Source of the DNA: an uncultured Veillonellaceae bacterium
GTDB taxonomy: Bacteria; Bacillota; Negativicutes; JARBTT01
DNA length: 64,000 nucleotides
Direction: 5' to 3'
Assembly: GCA_963805085.1 (NCBI GenBank)
Contig: CAWDTA010000001.1
Coordinates: 32,001-96,000 of the forward strand
Position 1 is the stretch's first letter. Every line of letters begins with the position of its first letter. Positions 27,898 through 40,082 of this stretch are shown here, piece by piece. Position numbers and translations under genes: made by a program. The notes beneath the pieces are model-generated. The model did not search any database. It was not told where the DNA came from and saw only the letters and a program-made list of their open reading frames with translations.

Positions 27898-29877
27898 ATG
27901 AAAATGTATAAGAAAAAGTTGATATCTCGTATGATTGCGCTAACATTATCAACAATGGTAGTTTCGCAGGTAGTATATGCAAACGGAAAAAACGATGAGA
28001 AAGAAGATACTTTTGATGAGATGGTAGTTACTGCACAAAAATATGAAAAGCGCGATGTCGATACACCTGCAGCAACAGAAATTCTAACTGAGAAAGATTT
28101 AAAAAATACTGGTGCAAGGAATGTACAACAGGCATTGCAATTTGCAACAGGTATTACATATCAGTCTATGGGGCCTGGTGGAGCATCACTAGGAACAATG
28201 ACTGCAAAAGTACATATTCGTGGTGTTGATGGCGGTACACTAGTTTTAGTGAATGGTACGGCACTGAATTTAAGAGGTTTATATAATTTAGAAGATATCC
28301 CGATAGACAATGTTGAACGTATTGAAATTGTCCGTGGTGGTGGTTCGGTATTGTATGGAAGTGAAGCAACTGGCGGTGTTATTAATATTATTACAAAAAA
28401 AGAAATGCAGAATACTGTCACCACTGGGTTTGGTAATTATGGGCAGCAGACACATGCTTTGACGGTGCAAGAAGGTAAATTTGGTATGGGCTATACTTAT
28501 GAAAAATGGGGTAGTGTTGACAATATATCCACCTATATTTCAGCTAATAAGGAAAAATATAATTCGTTTAAAGGCTCAGAAAAAAATAACGAGTTTTTTA
28601 ATTATAAATTTAATGATGATGTAGATATGCAGGTAAGCCATAATGAATCAATTGAAAAATTTCAATATAAATTTGGCGACGGCTATGCAGCGACAGGAAA
28701 TGCGCAATACGATAGAAAGCATAAAATGACAAAAGATTTTGTACAAATTAATTTCAAAAATGATGCGAATCTAAAAGGAAATATTTATTATAATGAAGAT
28801 GATTTGCAATCAACAGGTATGGATTATTATTCAAGTGCTGGTAAGAAAAAGATAGCACCAGAGGGATACGATAAAGAAGAGAAAAATCGTACATATGGGT
28901 ACGATGTACAAAAATCTTGGAAGTTAAATAGTGGCGAAGTTTTACTTGGAACTACGTATCAAAATGAATTTTTTCATGAGGATATAACGACTTCAGATAG
29001 ATATCAACGCAATAATTATTCGATTTATACACAATGGGAAAATCCATTAAACGATGTCGATACTTTGATTTTAAGTGCGAGAGAAACTTGGACTACAGGT
29101 GCACCGAAATCTGAAAATGGCGAAGATAAAAATTATGATAATTTCAGTGGACAAGGACAGTTTATTCATAAGTTGAATAAAGATGAAAGTGTTTATGCAA
29201 GTATAGGACAATCTTTTAAAATGCCAACGTTTAAGCAAATGTATGCTACAGGATCGTATAATATTATTGGTGATGATAATTTAAAGCCACAAAAAGGGAT
29301 GCATTACGAAGTTGGGTGGAAGAAAAATAGTGATGATCATAAATGGAAGGTGGCAGTATTTGATTATCATATAAAAGACAATATTTCTTATGTTAGTGGT
29401 ACCTTAGCAGGAGATACAGTTTTTTATGCTGTAAATGAAGATTTGAAAAATACTGGGATTGAAGTAAATTGTGAAATTGATGGTCAGAATGGTTGGGTCT
29501 ACAATTATGGTCTTACCTATGGGAATCCTCAAGCAAAATCAAAATCCAGTAAGGCTGGCGTAAAAGATTATTGGGATAGAAATTTTGGTAAATTGCAACT
29601 TAATGGTGGCGTAGGATATCACAAAGATAAATGGGCGGCAAATTTAAATGCGAGCTATTTAGCTGAGCGGGTGATGTGTCCAAGTGATTCACACTCGTTT
29701 GAAACCAAACCATATCTGTTAACTAATTTTAATTTAAATTATGCGGCAAATGCGCAGCAAGAAGTAAGTTTAAGCATAAATAATATTTTAGATCGTGAGG
29801 ATAATGTTAGCTATACGAGCTCGTACTATTACACGACACCAACAAATTATATGTTAACTTATAAATATAAGTTTTAA
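27898..29877 (+). CDS. TonB-dependent receptor, BtuB-like
   Basis: Signal peptide, TonB box EMVVTA, plug NVERIEIVRGGGSVLYGSEATGGVINIITK, C-terminal YKF; B12 riboswitch upstream. Confidence 0.9.
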   Translation: MKMYKKKLISRMIALTLSTMVVSQVVYANGKNDEKEDTFDEMVVTAQKYEKRDVDTPAATEILTEKDLKNTGARNVQQALQFATGITYQSMGPGGASLGTMTAKVHIRGVDGGTLVLVNGTALNLRGLYNLEDIPIDNVERIEIVRGGGSVLYGSEATGGVINIITKKEMQNTVTTGFGNYGQQTHALTVQEGKFGMGYTYEKWGSVDNISTYISANKEKYNSFKGSEKNNEFFNYKFNDDVDMQVSHNESIEKFQYKFGDGYAATGNAQYDRKHKMTKDFVQINFKNDANLKGNIYYNEDDLQSTGMDYYSSAGKKKIAPEGYDKEEKNRTYGYDVQKSWKLNSGEVLLGTTYQNEFFHEDITTSDRYQRNNYSIYTQWENPLNDVDTLILSARETWTTGAPKSENGEDKNYDNFSGQGQFIHKLNKDESVYASIGQSFKMPTFKQMYATGSYNIIGDDNLKPQKGMHYEVGWKKNSDDHKWKVAVFDYHIKDNISYVSGTLAGDTVFYAVNEDLKNTGIEVNCEIDGQNGWVYNYGLTYGNPQAKSKSSKAGVKDYWDRNFGKLQLNGGVGYHKDKWAANLNASYLAERVMCPSDSHSFETKPYLLTNFNLNYAANAQQEVSLSINNILDREDNVSYTSSYYYTTPTNYMLTYKYKF

Positions 29878-29971
29878 GTAATGATAAAATTTGACAAGTA
29901 TAATAAAAAGTGCTACTATAATTTTGGGTTATGACATAATAATGTTTAACTATAAAATTTAATATTGTTGG

Positions 29972-30128
29972 AAATAGGTGTCCTTACGGACTTAATAGGG
30001 AAGTTTGGTTAGAAGCCAACGCGGTCCCGCCACTGTAATAGGGAGTGAATCCAAGATATACCATTGAAACGTTTGTTTTGAGAAGGTTTGGATAAGCAAT
30101 GAACTAGAGCCAGGAGAACTGCCTGTTT
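29972..30128 (+). ncRNA. Cobalamin riboswitch 3 (mut operon leader)
   Basis: Complete consensus; promoter TTGACA-17-TACTAT at 29891; imperfect terminator 30243-30280. Confidence 0.95.
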
Positions 30129-30390
30129 AGCAATCACCGTTAGACCTGCGAGCGATGGGAAGGGGATTACATGTAAGTTAAGTACTCTTCTCGGCATTTA
30201 TTTTGCCGAGATTTTTATTTAATTGTACTTGTTGATGAATAAGAGCCATTTTGCAATACGCAGGATAGGCTTTTTCTTTTTCCCATAAAATGTTAACTAA
30301 AAGGATAACGGATATTTGCATGATGATGTTAAAAGTGTAATTAAATGTTTACTTCGTTGTTACCTAAATGTATAGAAAGGATTGTGAAAG

Positions 30391-32559
30391 ATGAAACAAG
30401 TACAAGAAAAAGAGCCGCAAGAGACAGATTTTCCACCTGTAAGCTTTGACGAGTTTGTAGCACCTGACTATGAAGAATGGAAGCAAGAAGCAATTGTGAC
30501 GCTAAAAGGTGCTAATTTTGAAAAAAAACTGCTTACCAAAACTTATGAAGGGATCACGCTTGAACCTATCTATACTATGGAAATGGCACCAAGTCCAAAC
30601 GAGCTATCTAATTTGCCAGGTTCAGAAAACTATATGCGCGGTATCCATACAGGTGGTTATATAAGTAATCCTTGGCTTATTGCACAGGAAAATGATGAAG
30701 TGATGCCAGAGAAACTCAATAGTTTAATTAAGCATGAGTTAGATAAAGGTGTGACTTCTATTAATATTGCTCTTGATGCTAGAACTAAGCATGGTAAAAA
30801 TGGTGATTGCCTTTCAGAGAATATTGAGCAAGGAGGAGTATCTTTAAGTACTACACAAGATGTATATAACGTATTTAATGATATTGACTTAGAAAAATAT
30901 GAACTTTATATCAATGCTGGTGCTTCTAGTACGATGCTTATCGGAATGTTGAGTGCAATTTGTAAGGCAAATAGTGAAAGCGTAGGTAGTGTACATGGCA
31001 CGATTGGTGCTGATCCGATTGGAGTTTTGGCTGAGGAAGGTAAAATCTCTTGTTCACTACATGCTTTATATTATGAAATGGCTCATACGACTGTTTGGAC
31101 AGAAAAAAATATGCCTGCCCTTAGAAATATTTTGGTGCAAGGCGAGGTATATAGTGACGGCGGAGCAAGTACCGTTCAAGAGCTTGGCTATGTGCTAGCG
31201 ACGGCAATCGAATATATTCGGGCAATGCAGGTAAGAGGGATTGATATTCATACGATTGCAAAACATATGCAATTTGGCTTTTCACTTGGGTCAAACTTTT
31301 TTATGGAGATTGCTAAATTGAGAGCAGCTAGAATGTTATGGTCACAAGTCGTTGAAAGTTTTGGCGGCGATAAAGAAGCACGAAAAATGATGATTCATGC
31401 GCGAACTGCAAAATCCAACAAAACAGCTTACGATCCTTATGTTAATATGCTTCGCACGACAACAGAAGCTTTTTCCGGCGTAGTTGGTGGTGTAGATAGC
31501 TTGCAGGTTGGTGTATTTGATGAATCAATTCGTTTAGGAGATGAATTTTCTCGCCGTATTGCGCGTAATACGCAAATTATTTTGCAAAATGAATGTAATT
31601 TAAGACAACCAGCTGATCCGGCTGGCGGATCTTGGTATATAGAAACATTAACAAAACAAATTGCGCAAAAAGCATGGCAAGTTTTGCAGCAAGTAGAAAA
31701 TGATGGCGGTATGGTTGCTGCTTTAAGAGCAGGTATTGTACAAAAAGATGTTGACGAAGTGTTAAAGCAAAGGTTTAAGAATTTAGCTAAACGTACTGAT
31801 CGTGCAGTTGGGGTTAATATGTATGCAAATGTTTTAGAAGAAGAGTTAGAGAAACATCCGTTGGATGGAAGTGCTATAAAAGAAGCACGCATACAGCAAA
31901 TCGAAAACTTTGTGGCAGACATTGACGGACAATATCGTGATGAAAAATTAGAAGCGTTACCTAAAGCCATAAAGGGTAACTATGGTGAAGCGTTAGATTC
32001 TGTGATTTCAGCTTTTGCCGCAGGCGCAACTTTATCAGAAGTAACCAGTGCACTGCGCAAAGATGAAACGAAAGAAAAAATCAAAACGGTCGTTGAAAAA
32101 CATCGTTTTACAGAACAATTTGAAGAGCTTCGCCATAAAGCGAAAGTGTATGAAGCTGAGCATGGAGTAAAATTAAAAATATTTTTGACGAATATGGGGC
32201 CAATTCCGCAACACAAACCTCGTGCTGAGTTTAGCACAGGTTTCTTTGAAGTGGGTGGTTTTGAAGTGTTAAAAAATGATGGGTTCATGACCATGGATGA
32301 AGCCGCAGAAGCCGCGCTTCAATCTGGAGCGTTAGTGGCGATTATTTGTTCTACAGATGACACTTATCCAGAGCTTGTACCACCACTGGCAAAAAAAATA
32401 AAAACAGATAAACCAGAAATGATCGTTATGGTAGCTGGGGCGCCTGCACCGGAACATGAAGCTATTTATCGTGAAGCTGGGGTAGAAGAATTTATTCATG
32501 TACGTGCAAACTGCTTGCATATCTTAACTTGGTTACAACAACAAGGAGGGATAAAATAA
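30391..32559 (+). CDS. mutA: Methylmalonyl-CoA mutase small (beta) subunit
   Basis: [48 protein letters not shown]; lacks DxHxxG. Confidence 0.9.
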   Translation: MKQVQEKEPQETDFPPVSFDEFVAPDYEEWKQEAIVTLKGANFEKKLLTKTYEGITLEPIYTMEMAPSPNELSNLPGSENYMRGIHTGGYISNPWLIAQENDEVMPEKLNSLIKHELDKGVTSINIALDARTKHGKNGDCLSENIEQGGVSLSTTQDVYNVFNDIDLEKYELYINAGASSTMLIGMLSAICKANSESVGSVHGTIGADPIGVLAEEGKISCSLHALYYEMAHTTVWTEKNMPALRNILVQGEVYSDGGASTVQELGYVLATAIEYIRAMQVRGIDIHTIAKHMQFGFSLGSNFFMEIAKLRAARMLWSQVVESFGGDKEARKMMIHARTAKSNKTAYDPYVNMLRTTTEAFSGVVGGVDSLQVGVFDESIRLGDEFSRRIARNTQIILQNECNLRQPADPAGGSWYIETLTKQIAQKAWQVLQQVENDGGMVAALRAGIVQKDVDEVLKQRFKNLAKRTDRAVGVNMYANVLEEELEKHPLDGSAIKEARIQQIENFVADIDGQYRDEKLEALPKAIKGNYGEALDSVISAFAAGATLSEVTSALRKDETKEKIKTVVEKHRFTEQFEELRHKAKVYEAEHGVKLKIFLTNMGPIPQHKPRAEFSTGFFEVGGFEVLKNDGFMTMDEAAEAALQSGALVAIICSTDDTYPELVPPLAKKIKTDKPEMIVMVAGAPAPEHEAIYREAGVEEFIHVRANCLHILTWLQQQGGIK

Positions 32560-34748
32560 TGTACTTAAAACCAGATTTCACAAAAATAGAGCTAAAGGAA
32601 AAAGCAGAGCAAGAGAGTTTTGAGCAGTGGAAAGTAAGTCTTGAAGCAGCTACAGGTAAAAGTTTTACTGAGCTATACCAAAGAACAATGGAACAAATTG
32701 ATTTGAAACCGCTTTATACTAAAGCAGATTTAGACGGTATGAAGCATCTACATTACATGGCAGGTATCCCACCGTTCTTACGTGGACCATATCCAAGTAT
32801 GTATGTAACTCGTCCTTGGACAGTACGTCAATACGCCGGATTTTCCACGGCAGAAGAAAGTAATGCTTTCTATCGCCGCAACTTAGCAGCAGGGCAAAAA
32901 GGACTTTCTATAGCCTTTGACCTTGCAACGCATCGCGGCTATGATTCTGATCATCCGCGGGTTGTCGGTGACGTAGGTAAAGCAGGCGTTGCCGTTGACT
33001 CTATTTTAGATATGGAAATTTTATTTTCTGGTATTCCTCTTGATAAAATGTCCGTATCCATGACAATGAATGGAGCAGTGCTACCTGTTCTGGCGTTTTA
33101 CATTGTAGCTGCAGAAGAGCAGGGAGTAAAACAGGAAGTATTGGCAGGTACGATTCAAAATGACATTTTAAAAGAGTTTATGGTGCGTAATACCTATATT
33201 TATCCACCAGCAGCTTCAATGAGAATCATTGGCGACATTTTCGCTTATACTTCTAAGTTTATGCCTAAATTTAACAGTATCAGTATATCGGGTTATCATA
33301 TGCAAGAAGCTGGTGCAACTGCTGATATTGAACTAGGTTATACGCTAGCGGATGGGCTCGAGTATATCAGAACAGGGGTTAATTCGGGCTTAAGTGTAGA
33401 TGCCTTTGCCCCAAGATTATCCTTCTTTTGGGCAATGGGGAAAAATTATTTTATGGAAGTTGCTAAAATGCGGGCAGGTCGCTTGTTATGGTCAAAGATT
33501 ATTAAACAGTTTAATCCGCAAAAGACAAAATCTATGGCACTGCGTACGCATTCGCAAACTTCAGGATGGAGTCTTACAGAACAAGATCCATTCAATAATA
33601 TTGTTAGAACTTGTATTGAAGCGATGGCAGCAGCGCTTGGTCATACGCAATCTTTGCATACCAATGCACTAGATGAAGCAATTGCGTTGCCAACGGACTT
33701 TTCGGCACGGATTGCTCGGAACACACAGCTTTATTTACAAGACGAAACAAAAATTTGTAAAGTAGTTGATCCGTGGGGCGGTTCTTATTATGTTGAAGCT
33801 TTAACACAAGAGTTAGTGAAGAGTGCTTGGGCGCATATTCAAGAAGTTGAAAGACTTGGCGGTATGGCAAAAGCGATTGAAACAGGCTTGCCTAAAATGA
33901 GAATTGAAGAAGCAGCAGCGCGTCGTCAGGCACATATTGATTCAGCTGATGAGATGATTGTTGGTGTCAATAAATATCGTTTAGATAAAGAAGATCCGCT
34001 TGATATTTTAGCTGTTGATAATGTAGCTGTTCGTCAAGCACAGATTCGGCGGCTAGAAAAACTTCGCGCAAATCGTGACAATGACCGTGTAGAATCTTGT
34101 TTGGAAGCGATTACGAATTCTGTTGAAACTGGTGAAGGAAATTTACTTGATTTGGCAGTAAAGGCAGCTAGAGCTAGAGCCAGCTTAGGCGAAATATCCG
34201 ATGCAGTTGAAAAGGTCGCTGGACGTCATAAAGCGGTAATTCGTTCGATTTCAGGCGTATATAGCAGTGAATTTGCTGATGAAGGTGAAATAGCTCGTGT
34301 TCGGAAACTTACGGATGAGTTTGAAGAACATGAAGGTCGTCGGCCAAGAATTATGATTGCTAAAATGGGACAAGATGGTCATGACAGAGGAGCTAAAGTT
34401 ATTGCTACGGCCTTTGCGGATTTAGGTTTTGATGTTGATATCGGGCCACTTTTTCAAACACCAGAAGAAACGGCGCAAGATGCGGTAGATAATGATGTAC
34501 ATGTAGTTGGAATGAGTTCACTTGCGGCAGGGCATAAAACATTATTGCCACAATTGATAGAAGAATTAGCCAAACGTGGTCGCGAGGATATTATGGTTGT
34601 TATTGGCGGCGTAATACCAGCGCAAGATTATGAGTTTTTGAGAGAACATGGTGCTTCAGCTATTTTTGGTCCTGGTACAATCATTCCTATTGCAGCGGGA
34701 AAAGTTTTAGAAGAATTAAAAAATCGGCTGAGCTGGGAAAATGGCTGA
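32559..34748 (+). CDS. mutB: Methylmalonyl-CoA mutase large (alpha) subunit
   Basis: RQYAGFST (Tyr), FMVRNTY (Arg), [12 protein letters not shown]12 motif QDGHDRG. Confidence 0.97.
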   Translation: MYLKPDFTKIELKEKAEQESFEQWKVSLEAATGKSFTELYQRTMEQIDLKPLYTKADLDGMKHLHYMAGIPPFLRGPYPSMYVTRPWTVRQYAGFSTAEESNAFYRRNLAAGQKGLSIAFDLATHRGYDSDHPRVVGDVGKAGVAVDSILDMEILFSGIPLDKMSVSMTMNGAVLPVLAFYIVAAEEQGVKQEVLAGTIQNDILKEFMVRNTYIYPPAASMRIIGDIFAYTSKFMPKFNSISISGYHMQEAGATADIELGYTLADGLEYIRTGVNSGLSVDAFAPRLSFFWAMGKNYFMEVAKMRAGRLLWSKIIKQFNPQKTKSMALRTHSQTSGWSLTEQDPFNNIVRTCIEAMAAALGHTQSLHTNALDEAIALPTDFSARIARNTQLYLQDETKICKVVDPWGGSYYVEALTQELVKSAWAHIQEVERLGGMAKAIETGLPKMRIEEAAARRQAHIDSADEMIVGVNKYRLDKEDPLDILAVDNVAVRQAQIRRLEKLRANRDNDRVESCLEAITNSVETGEGNLLDLAVKAARARASLGEISDAVEKVAGRHKAVIRSISGVYSSEFADEGEIARVRKLTDEFEEHEGRRPRIMIAKMGQDGHDRGAKVIATAFADLGFDVDIGPLFQTPEETAQDAVDNDVHVVGMSSLAAGHKTLLPQLIEELAKRGREDIMVVIGGVIPAQDYEFLREHGASAIFGPGTIIPIAAGKVLEELKNRLSWENG

Positions 34749-35880
34749 TCATACGTATAAGCCAGACTGGACACCAGAAGACGCGGGTGCAGAATTTGCA
34801 TGCCGCGTCATGCATGGTGTTGATGAGTGTCACGATGGGATGAAGACGTTTGCTACAACGAAAGTTAGACAGGCTGCAACGGTAGTAAAACGAAATAAAC
34901 TTACCGTCGAAGACTATGTCGCAGGTGTTTTAAACAGTGATCGTATGATTTTATCTAGGGCAATTACTTTAATTGAAAGTAATTCGCTTATGCATATGGA
35001 ATTAGCGCAGCAAGTGTTACAAAAATTACTCCCATATACAGGAAAATCGATTCGTGTCGGTATTACTGGCGTGCCTGGTGCAGGTAAAAGTACTTTTATT
35101 GAAGCGTTAGGTTGTGACTTATGTCAGGAAGGTCATAAAGTTGCAGTACTGGCAGTTGATCCTAGCAGTAGTATTACCAAAGGTAGTATTTTGGGTGATA
35201 AGACTAGAATGGAAAACCTCTCTAGAGAAAAAAATGCTTTCATCAGACCGTCACCATCTAGTGGAACTTTGGGGGGGGTGACACGAAAGAGCAGAGAAAC
35301 ATTACTGCTTTGTGAAGCGGCTGGTTATGATGTGATTTTGGTAGAAACCGTCGGCGTTGGTCAAAGTGAAATTACCGTCCGCTCTATGGTTGATTTTTTC
35401 TTATTGGTGGTATTAACTGGAGCTGGTGATGAACTACAAGGCATGAAAAAGGGTGTCATGGAAATTGCCGATGCAATCTTGATTCATAAAGCGGATGGTG
35501 ATAATAAGCAAAAGGCAGAGATGGTTAAAGTTGACTACGAACGTATTCTTCATTATTTAAGGCCCGCAACGGAAGGATGGAAGACAAAAGCACATACTTG
35601 TTCCTCGTTAACAGGCAATGGCATTACAGAAATTTGGCAGACAATCGAAAAATTCAAAGAAATGGTCAGTAAAAGCGGTGTGTTTGATTCCAGACGTAAA
35701 GCGCAAACACTAGACTGGGTATATGCAATGGTTGAAGAACATCTACATACTGTGTTTTTTCAGAATGAAAAGGTAAAACAGAATAAAAATGCGATTGAAG
35801 CTGCTGTGGCAGAGGGGAAAGTTTCTGCAACGGTTGCGATGCAGGAATTGATTGCTGCCTTCGACAGCGATAAAAAGTGA
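34741..35880 (+). CDS. meaB: Methylmalonyl-CoA mutase-associated GTPase
   Basis: [34 protein letters not shown]. Confidence 0.95.
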   Translation: MADHTYKPDWTPEDAGAEFACRVMHGVDECHDGMKTFATTKVRQAATVVKRNKLTVEDYVAGVLNSDRMILSRAITLIESNSLMHMELAQQVLQKLLPYTGKSIRVGITGVPGAGKSTFIEALGCDLCQEGHKVAVLAVDPSSSITKGSILGDKTRMENLSREKNAFIRPSPSSGTLGGVTRKSRETLLLCEAAGYDVILVETVGVGQSEITVRSMVDFFLLVVLTGAGDELQGMKKGVMEIADAILIHKADGDNKQKAEMVKVDYERILHYLRPATEGWKTKAHTCSSLTGNGITEIWQTIEKFKEMVSKSGVFDSRRKAQTLDWVYAMVEEHLHTVFFQNEKVKQNKNAIEAAVAEGKVSATVAMQELIAAFDSDKK

Positions 35881-35993
35881 TTGCCTTTACGGCAATCACT
35901 TTTGGAGTTTTTAATATCATGAATCTTTAAGAAAATGATTTAGTGAAAAATTGAAATAAACAGCAATAATTTTTATGAAAGTATGGTAAATCT

Positions 35994-36938
35994 ATGAGGA
36001 ATAGCATTTTTGTTTTGATGTTTATGTTGCTTATCATGCTGCTTAGTGGTTGTAGTGAGTCTAATGCAGTAAAAGCATCAACACAATTACATGAGATTAC
36101 GGATACTGTAGGAACTGTTATCAAAGTACCCATAAAACCACAGCGTATTGTATCGCTAAATTTGGGCACAGATGAAATCTTAATCGATTTAGTTAAGCCA
36201 GAAAGAATTGTTGCATTATCATATTTGGTAGAAGATGAAGGGATCTCTTCTATTGTTGATAAAGCGAAAAAAGTAAATAAGAAATTAACAGACAAGGGCA
36301 ATGTCGAAGCAATCATTGCTTTAAATCCAGATATAGTATTAATGTCAGATGCTGTTTCGGCAGACGTTGGTAACACACTACGTGAAATGGGGATTAACGT
36401 TTATATTTCTAAAACACCAGCAACGATAGAAGAGACAAAAGCACGGGTGTTAGATGTTGCAAAAGTTGTTGATGAAGTAGAAAAAGGGCAAGCTCTGGTT
36501 GCTGATATGGAAAGTGCATTGGCTGAGGTCAATAAAAAATTAGCAAGTATCAGTAATGATAAGAAAAGAACAATTATTGCCTTTTCTTTTTCCGGTGCAT
36601 TTGGTCGAAAAACTGCATTGTTCAATGATATGTGTGTACAGGCCAAAGTAGTCAATGGCGCAGGCGAAGCAGGGCTTGAAAAAGGCGAAATATTATCAAA
36701 AGAGCAAATCGTTAAAATCAATCCAGATATATTTTTATTGCCTACTTGGAATACGAAAAAACAAAGTGCTGATAGTTATCGTGAAGAAATCCGCTCCGAT
36801 CCTGCCTATCAAAATGTAAAGGCGATTAAAAATAATCAGTTAATCTATGTATCAGATCGTTATCGTTATTGTGTATCCCAGTATGTAACGGATAGTGTGC
36901 AGCAGATTGCCAAGGCTGTATATCCAGAGTATTTTTAA
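35994..36938 (+). CDS. Cobalamin/iron-chelate ABC substrate-binding lipoprotein (BtuF-like)
   Basis: Lipobox LSGC, KPQRIVSL, EAIIALNPDIV. Confidence 0.85.
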   Translation: MRNSIFVLMFMLLIMLLSGCSESNAVKASTQLHEITDTVGTVIKVPIKPQRIVSLNLGTDEILIDLVKPERIVALSYLVEDEGISSIVDKAKKVNKKLTDKGNVEAIIALNPDIVLMSDAVSADVGNTLREMGINVYISKTPATIEETKARVLDVAKVVDEVEKGQALVADMESALAEVNKKLASISNDKKRTIIAFSFSGAFGRKTALFNDMCVQAKVVNGAGEAGLEKGEILSKEQIVKINPDIFLLPTWNTKKQSADSYREEIRSDPAYQNVKAIKNNQLIYVSDRYRYCVSQYVTDSVQQIAKAVYPEYF

Positions 36939-36990
36939 ATAATTTTAAATTGATAAAAGTAAAACTTATATTTTGAGGAGGCTTTTATTT

Positions 36991-38949
36991 GTGTGTAAAA
37001 TGAGTAATAAAAAAGTTCTATTAAGTGCAATGATTTGTAGTGCGTTGGTGTTGAGTACATCCTATATAGCACAGGCAAATGCAAGTCAAGAAGACGATAC
37101 AGCGTTTGATACAGTCGTAGTTACAGCAAACCGTATACCAACAAAGCTATCAGAAACCGCTGCGAATGTAACTGTGATTATGGCAGAAGAGATTGCAAAT
37201 CATCATTATAGTGATGTAGCAGAAGTATTACGGCATGTGAATGGGGTAGTGGTAACAGAAGCAGCAATGACGAGACAAGATATTGTAAGAATTGACGGCG
37301 ATGATCGTGTGATTATTATGATAGATGGTCGACGGATGAATATGGATAAAGGTGCTGCAACAGGTAGAGCGGGTATTGATTTAAAAACAATAGCAAGTAT
37401 GACCAATGTTGAAAGAATCGAAATTGTAAAAGGTGCAGGTTCTGTATTATATGGTTCTGATGCTGTTGGTGGTGTAATCAATATCATCACCAAAAAAGGC
37501 AAGGGTAAAGCTTCATCTACGCTTGATGTAAGTGCTGGATCATGGGGCACAAGTAAAGTTGATTTGACTACACAAGGCAGTGAAAATGACTGGAGTTGGT
37601 TTGTTACTGCTGGATCGCAAAATCAGGATTATATGAAGTATAAGAATTACAAAAATAATTCGACAGAAAAAATGGATAATAGTGATTATACAAAGGAAAA
37701 TGCAACCTTTCGTTTGGATAAAAAAATTGATGAGAAAAGTTCTTTAACCTTTAACTATGAACATATGATAGATGAATCAGGACAATGGTATCAAGCTCTA
37801 GGATATACAGGTTACTATGGAGTATCTAACCACTATTTAAATGATCGTATGACAAAATTGGCAAACAATTGGGCATTATCTTACAATTATAAAGAGGATA
37901 GAAACTTGCCGAGTCATATTCGGTATTATAATAATTATACGACACAAGGCTTTAACGATGTAGATGGTGGTAGTGGTTATGCGCATTATACGAATAAAAT
38001 GCAAGGCGTTGACTGGCAAGAAGCTTGGCAAGTAGATGAAAAAAATAAAATTGTGGCTGGTACGGAATGGCGAGAAACCGAAGTTGACAATGATGCTATA
38101 CATGGAGGTAACTATGTAAATAAGAAGCTCGGAAATAAAGCCGTTTTTATTGAAGATACAATACAAATTGATGATAAATTATCGTTTGTTCCAGGCGTTC
38201 GTCATGATGAGCATAGTATGTTTGGTGGTAAAACTACGTCTAAAGCGGCCTTGAATTATAAAGTAAATGATTCTTCCAATATCTATATATCATGGGGACA
38301 AATTTTTAATGCGCCGAATGCCGATGATTTGTATTGGAATGATCCAGCTTATTTTATGTATGGAAATCCAAATTTAAGACCTGAAACTGGGGATAAAACT
38401 ACCATTGGCTTTAATACAAAATTAAATGAAAAAACATCCTTGAACATGAGCATATTTAAAAGTGAAATAAAAGATGCAATTGGTTGGATCTATGATTCCA
38501 GCACGTATATTACGATGCCGCAAAATGCGAATCAGCAAACGAAAAAAGGATTTGACCTCTCGGTTAATCATAAGGTGAACGATAATTGGAGTATAGATAC
38601 TGGGTACTCTTATATCAAAACAGAAACGAAAGTAGAAAAAGATTCGTATAAATGGGATGAAAATAATAGTAGGCCAAATGGTTATCGTCTTGGTATTAAT
38701 TATAATGATGAAAAGTGGAGTAATAGCCTAATGGGAAGCGCTGGTACAGGTCGCAGTAATAGATATTACACGTCAAATTACTGGATTTGGGATGCGAATA
38801 TAAACTATAAAATGAATAGTATGATGACAGCATATTTCAAAGTTAACAACATTACGAACAAGGCTTATGAATTGACTGGATATACTAATGTTGGTGCGTA
38901 TCCAATGCCAGGACGCAGCTTCCAACTTGGCGTTAAATATACGTTCTAA
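36991..38949 (+). CDS. Second TonB-dependent receptor, BtuB-like
   Basis: TonB box DTVVVTA, NVERIEIVKGAGSVLYGSDAVGGVINIITK, C-terminal YTF. Confidence 0.9.
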   Translation: MCKMSNKKVLLSAMICSALVLSTSYIAQANASQEDDTAFDTVVVTANRIPTKLSETAANVTVIMAEEIANHHYSDVAEVLRHVNGVVVTEAAMTRQDIVRIDGDDRVIIMIDGRRMNMDKGAATGRAGIDLKTIASMTNVERIEIVKGAGSVLYGSDAVGGVINIITKKGKGKASSTLDVSAGSWGTSKVDLTTQGSENDWSWFVTAGSQNQDYMKYKNYKNNSTEKMDNSDYTKENATFRLDKKIDEKSSLTFNYEHMIDESGQWYQALGYTGYYGVSNHYLNDRMTKLANNWALSYNYKEDRNLPSHIRYYNNYTTQGFNDVDGGSGYAHYTNKMQGVDWQEAWQVDEKNKIVAGTEWRETEVDNDAIHGGNYVNKKLGNKAVFIEDTIQIDDKLSFVPGVRHDEHSMFGGKTTSKAALNYKVNDSSNIYISWGQIFNAPNADDLYWNDPAYFMYGNPNLRPETGDKTTIGFNTKLNEKTSLNMSIFKSEIKDAIGWIYDSSTYITMPQNANQQTKKGFDLSVNHKVNDNWSIDTGYSYIKTETKVEKDSYKWDENNSRPNGYRLGINYNDEKWSNSLMGSAGTGRSNRYYTSNYWIWDANINYKMNSMMTAYFKVNNITNKAYELTGYTNVGAYPMPGRSFQLGVKYTF

Positions 38950-39044
38950 CTTTTAGACAAGGGGATTATTATGCTTGGGGTGACTATTATCTATCCTAGG
39001 CATGGGGATATAGAGAAGTTTTTAATTGAAAGAGGATTTGTTTT

Positions 39045-40082
39045 ATGTTAAAAAAGCTAAATAATCGCACCATCTTTCTTATTTTAGTTGTTTTGTTGTT
39101 TTGTATAGTTTTTGTTTCGTTATCGTATGGGCAAATTCATATTCCAGTGCAGACTGTATTGGCAATTGTGGCTGAACAATTACATATACCGGGACTAGAA
39201 AATATCAGTGTTACCCAAGAACAAATAGCGGTTATTTGGCATATTCGTATGTCGCGCACGTTAGTGGGAATTTTAGTTGGAGCAGCATTGGCTGTAACTG
39301 GTGCTGTTATGCAAGGGGTGTTTGGTAATCCTCTAGCCGATCCTGGAATTATCGGCGTGTCAAGTGGTGCGGCATTAGGAGCAGTTCTCGCGATTGCTAC
39401 CGGATTATCGACAGTAAGTATGTTTTATATGCCGCTTTTTGCTTTAGTGGGCGCATTACTAACCGTAGCATTTACTGTTTTTTTAGCAATGCATGATAAT
39501 AAAATTTCAGTGATGACTTTGTTATTGGCAGGCGTTGCGGTAAGTATTTTTTTAGGTGCACTTACCTCTGGTATTTTGACTTTCATTAGTGAATACAAAT
39601 TGCGTGAATTCCTATTTTGGACGGTGGGGGGGCTAGATTATCGCCGCTGGGAGCATGTATTACTTGGATTTATACCAATTCTGGCAGGTGTAAGTATTTT
39701 ATGTGCAATGGCTCGCCAATTAAACATCTTAGTTTTAGGGGAAGAAGAAGCACGTGCTGTAGGTATGTCAGTAGCAAAACTTCGTTTAATTCTTCTATTT
39801 GTTGCAACTTTAACAACAGCGACAGCAGTGTGTATCAGTGGCAGTATTGGTTTTGTTGGTCTTGTTGTACCACATATTATGCGACTTATTTTAGGCCCAG
39901 AACATCGCAGCTTGCTGCCTGCTTGTGCATTAGCAGGTGGCATTTTCTTAGTAGGTTGTGATACAGTGGGAAGATTTATTATTCCACCAGCAGAGGTGCG
40001 GGTTGGTATCATGACGGCTTTAATTGGTGCGCCGTATTTCTTATATTTATTACGTCGCGCGCAAAAAGGAGGTTTGTTTTAG
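39045..40082 (+). CDS. BtuC/FecCD-family permease
   Basis: NPLADPGIIGVSSGA, LGEEEARAVG, IGFVGLVVPHI, GAPYF. Confidence 0.92.
   Translation: MLKKLNNRTIFLILVVLLFCIVFVSLSYGQIHIPVQTVLAIVAEQLHIPGLENISVTQEQIAVIWHIRMSRTLVGILVGAALAVTGAVMQGVFGNPLADPGIIGVSSGAALGAVLAIATGLSTVSMFYMPLFALVGALLTVAFTVFLAMHDNKISVMTLLLAGVAVSIFLGALTSGILTFISEYKLREFLFWTVGGLDYRRWEHVLLGFIPILAGVSILCAMARQLNILVLGEEEARAVGMSVAKLRLILLFVATLTTATAVCISGSIGFVGLVVPHIMRLILGPEHRSLLPACALAGGIFLVGCDTVGRFIIPPAEVRVGIMTALIGAPYFLYLLRRAQKGGLF

Noticed and set aside
30009-30197. Minus-strand 62-aa ORF
   Set aside because: Antisense shadow of cobalamin riboswitch 3
32559-34748. Possibility of an isobutyryl-CoA or other variant mutase
   Set aside because: Tyr (QYAGF) and Arg (MVRNT) specificity residues are those of methylmalonyl-CoA mutase
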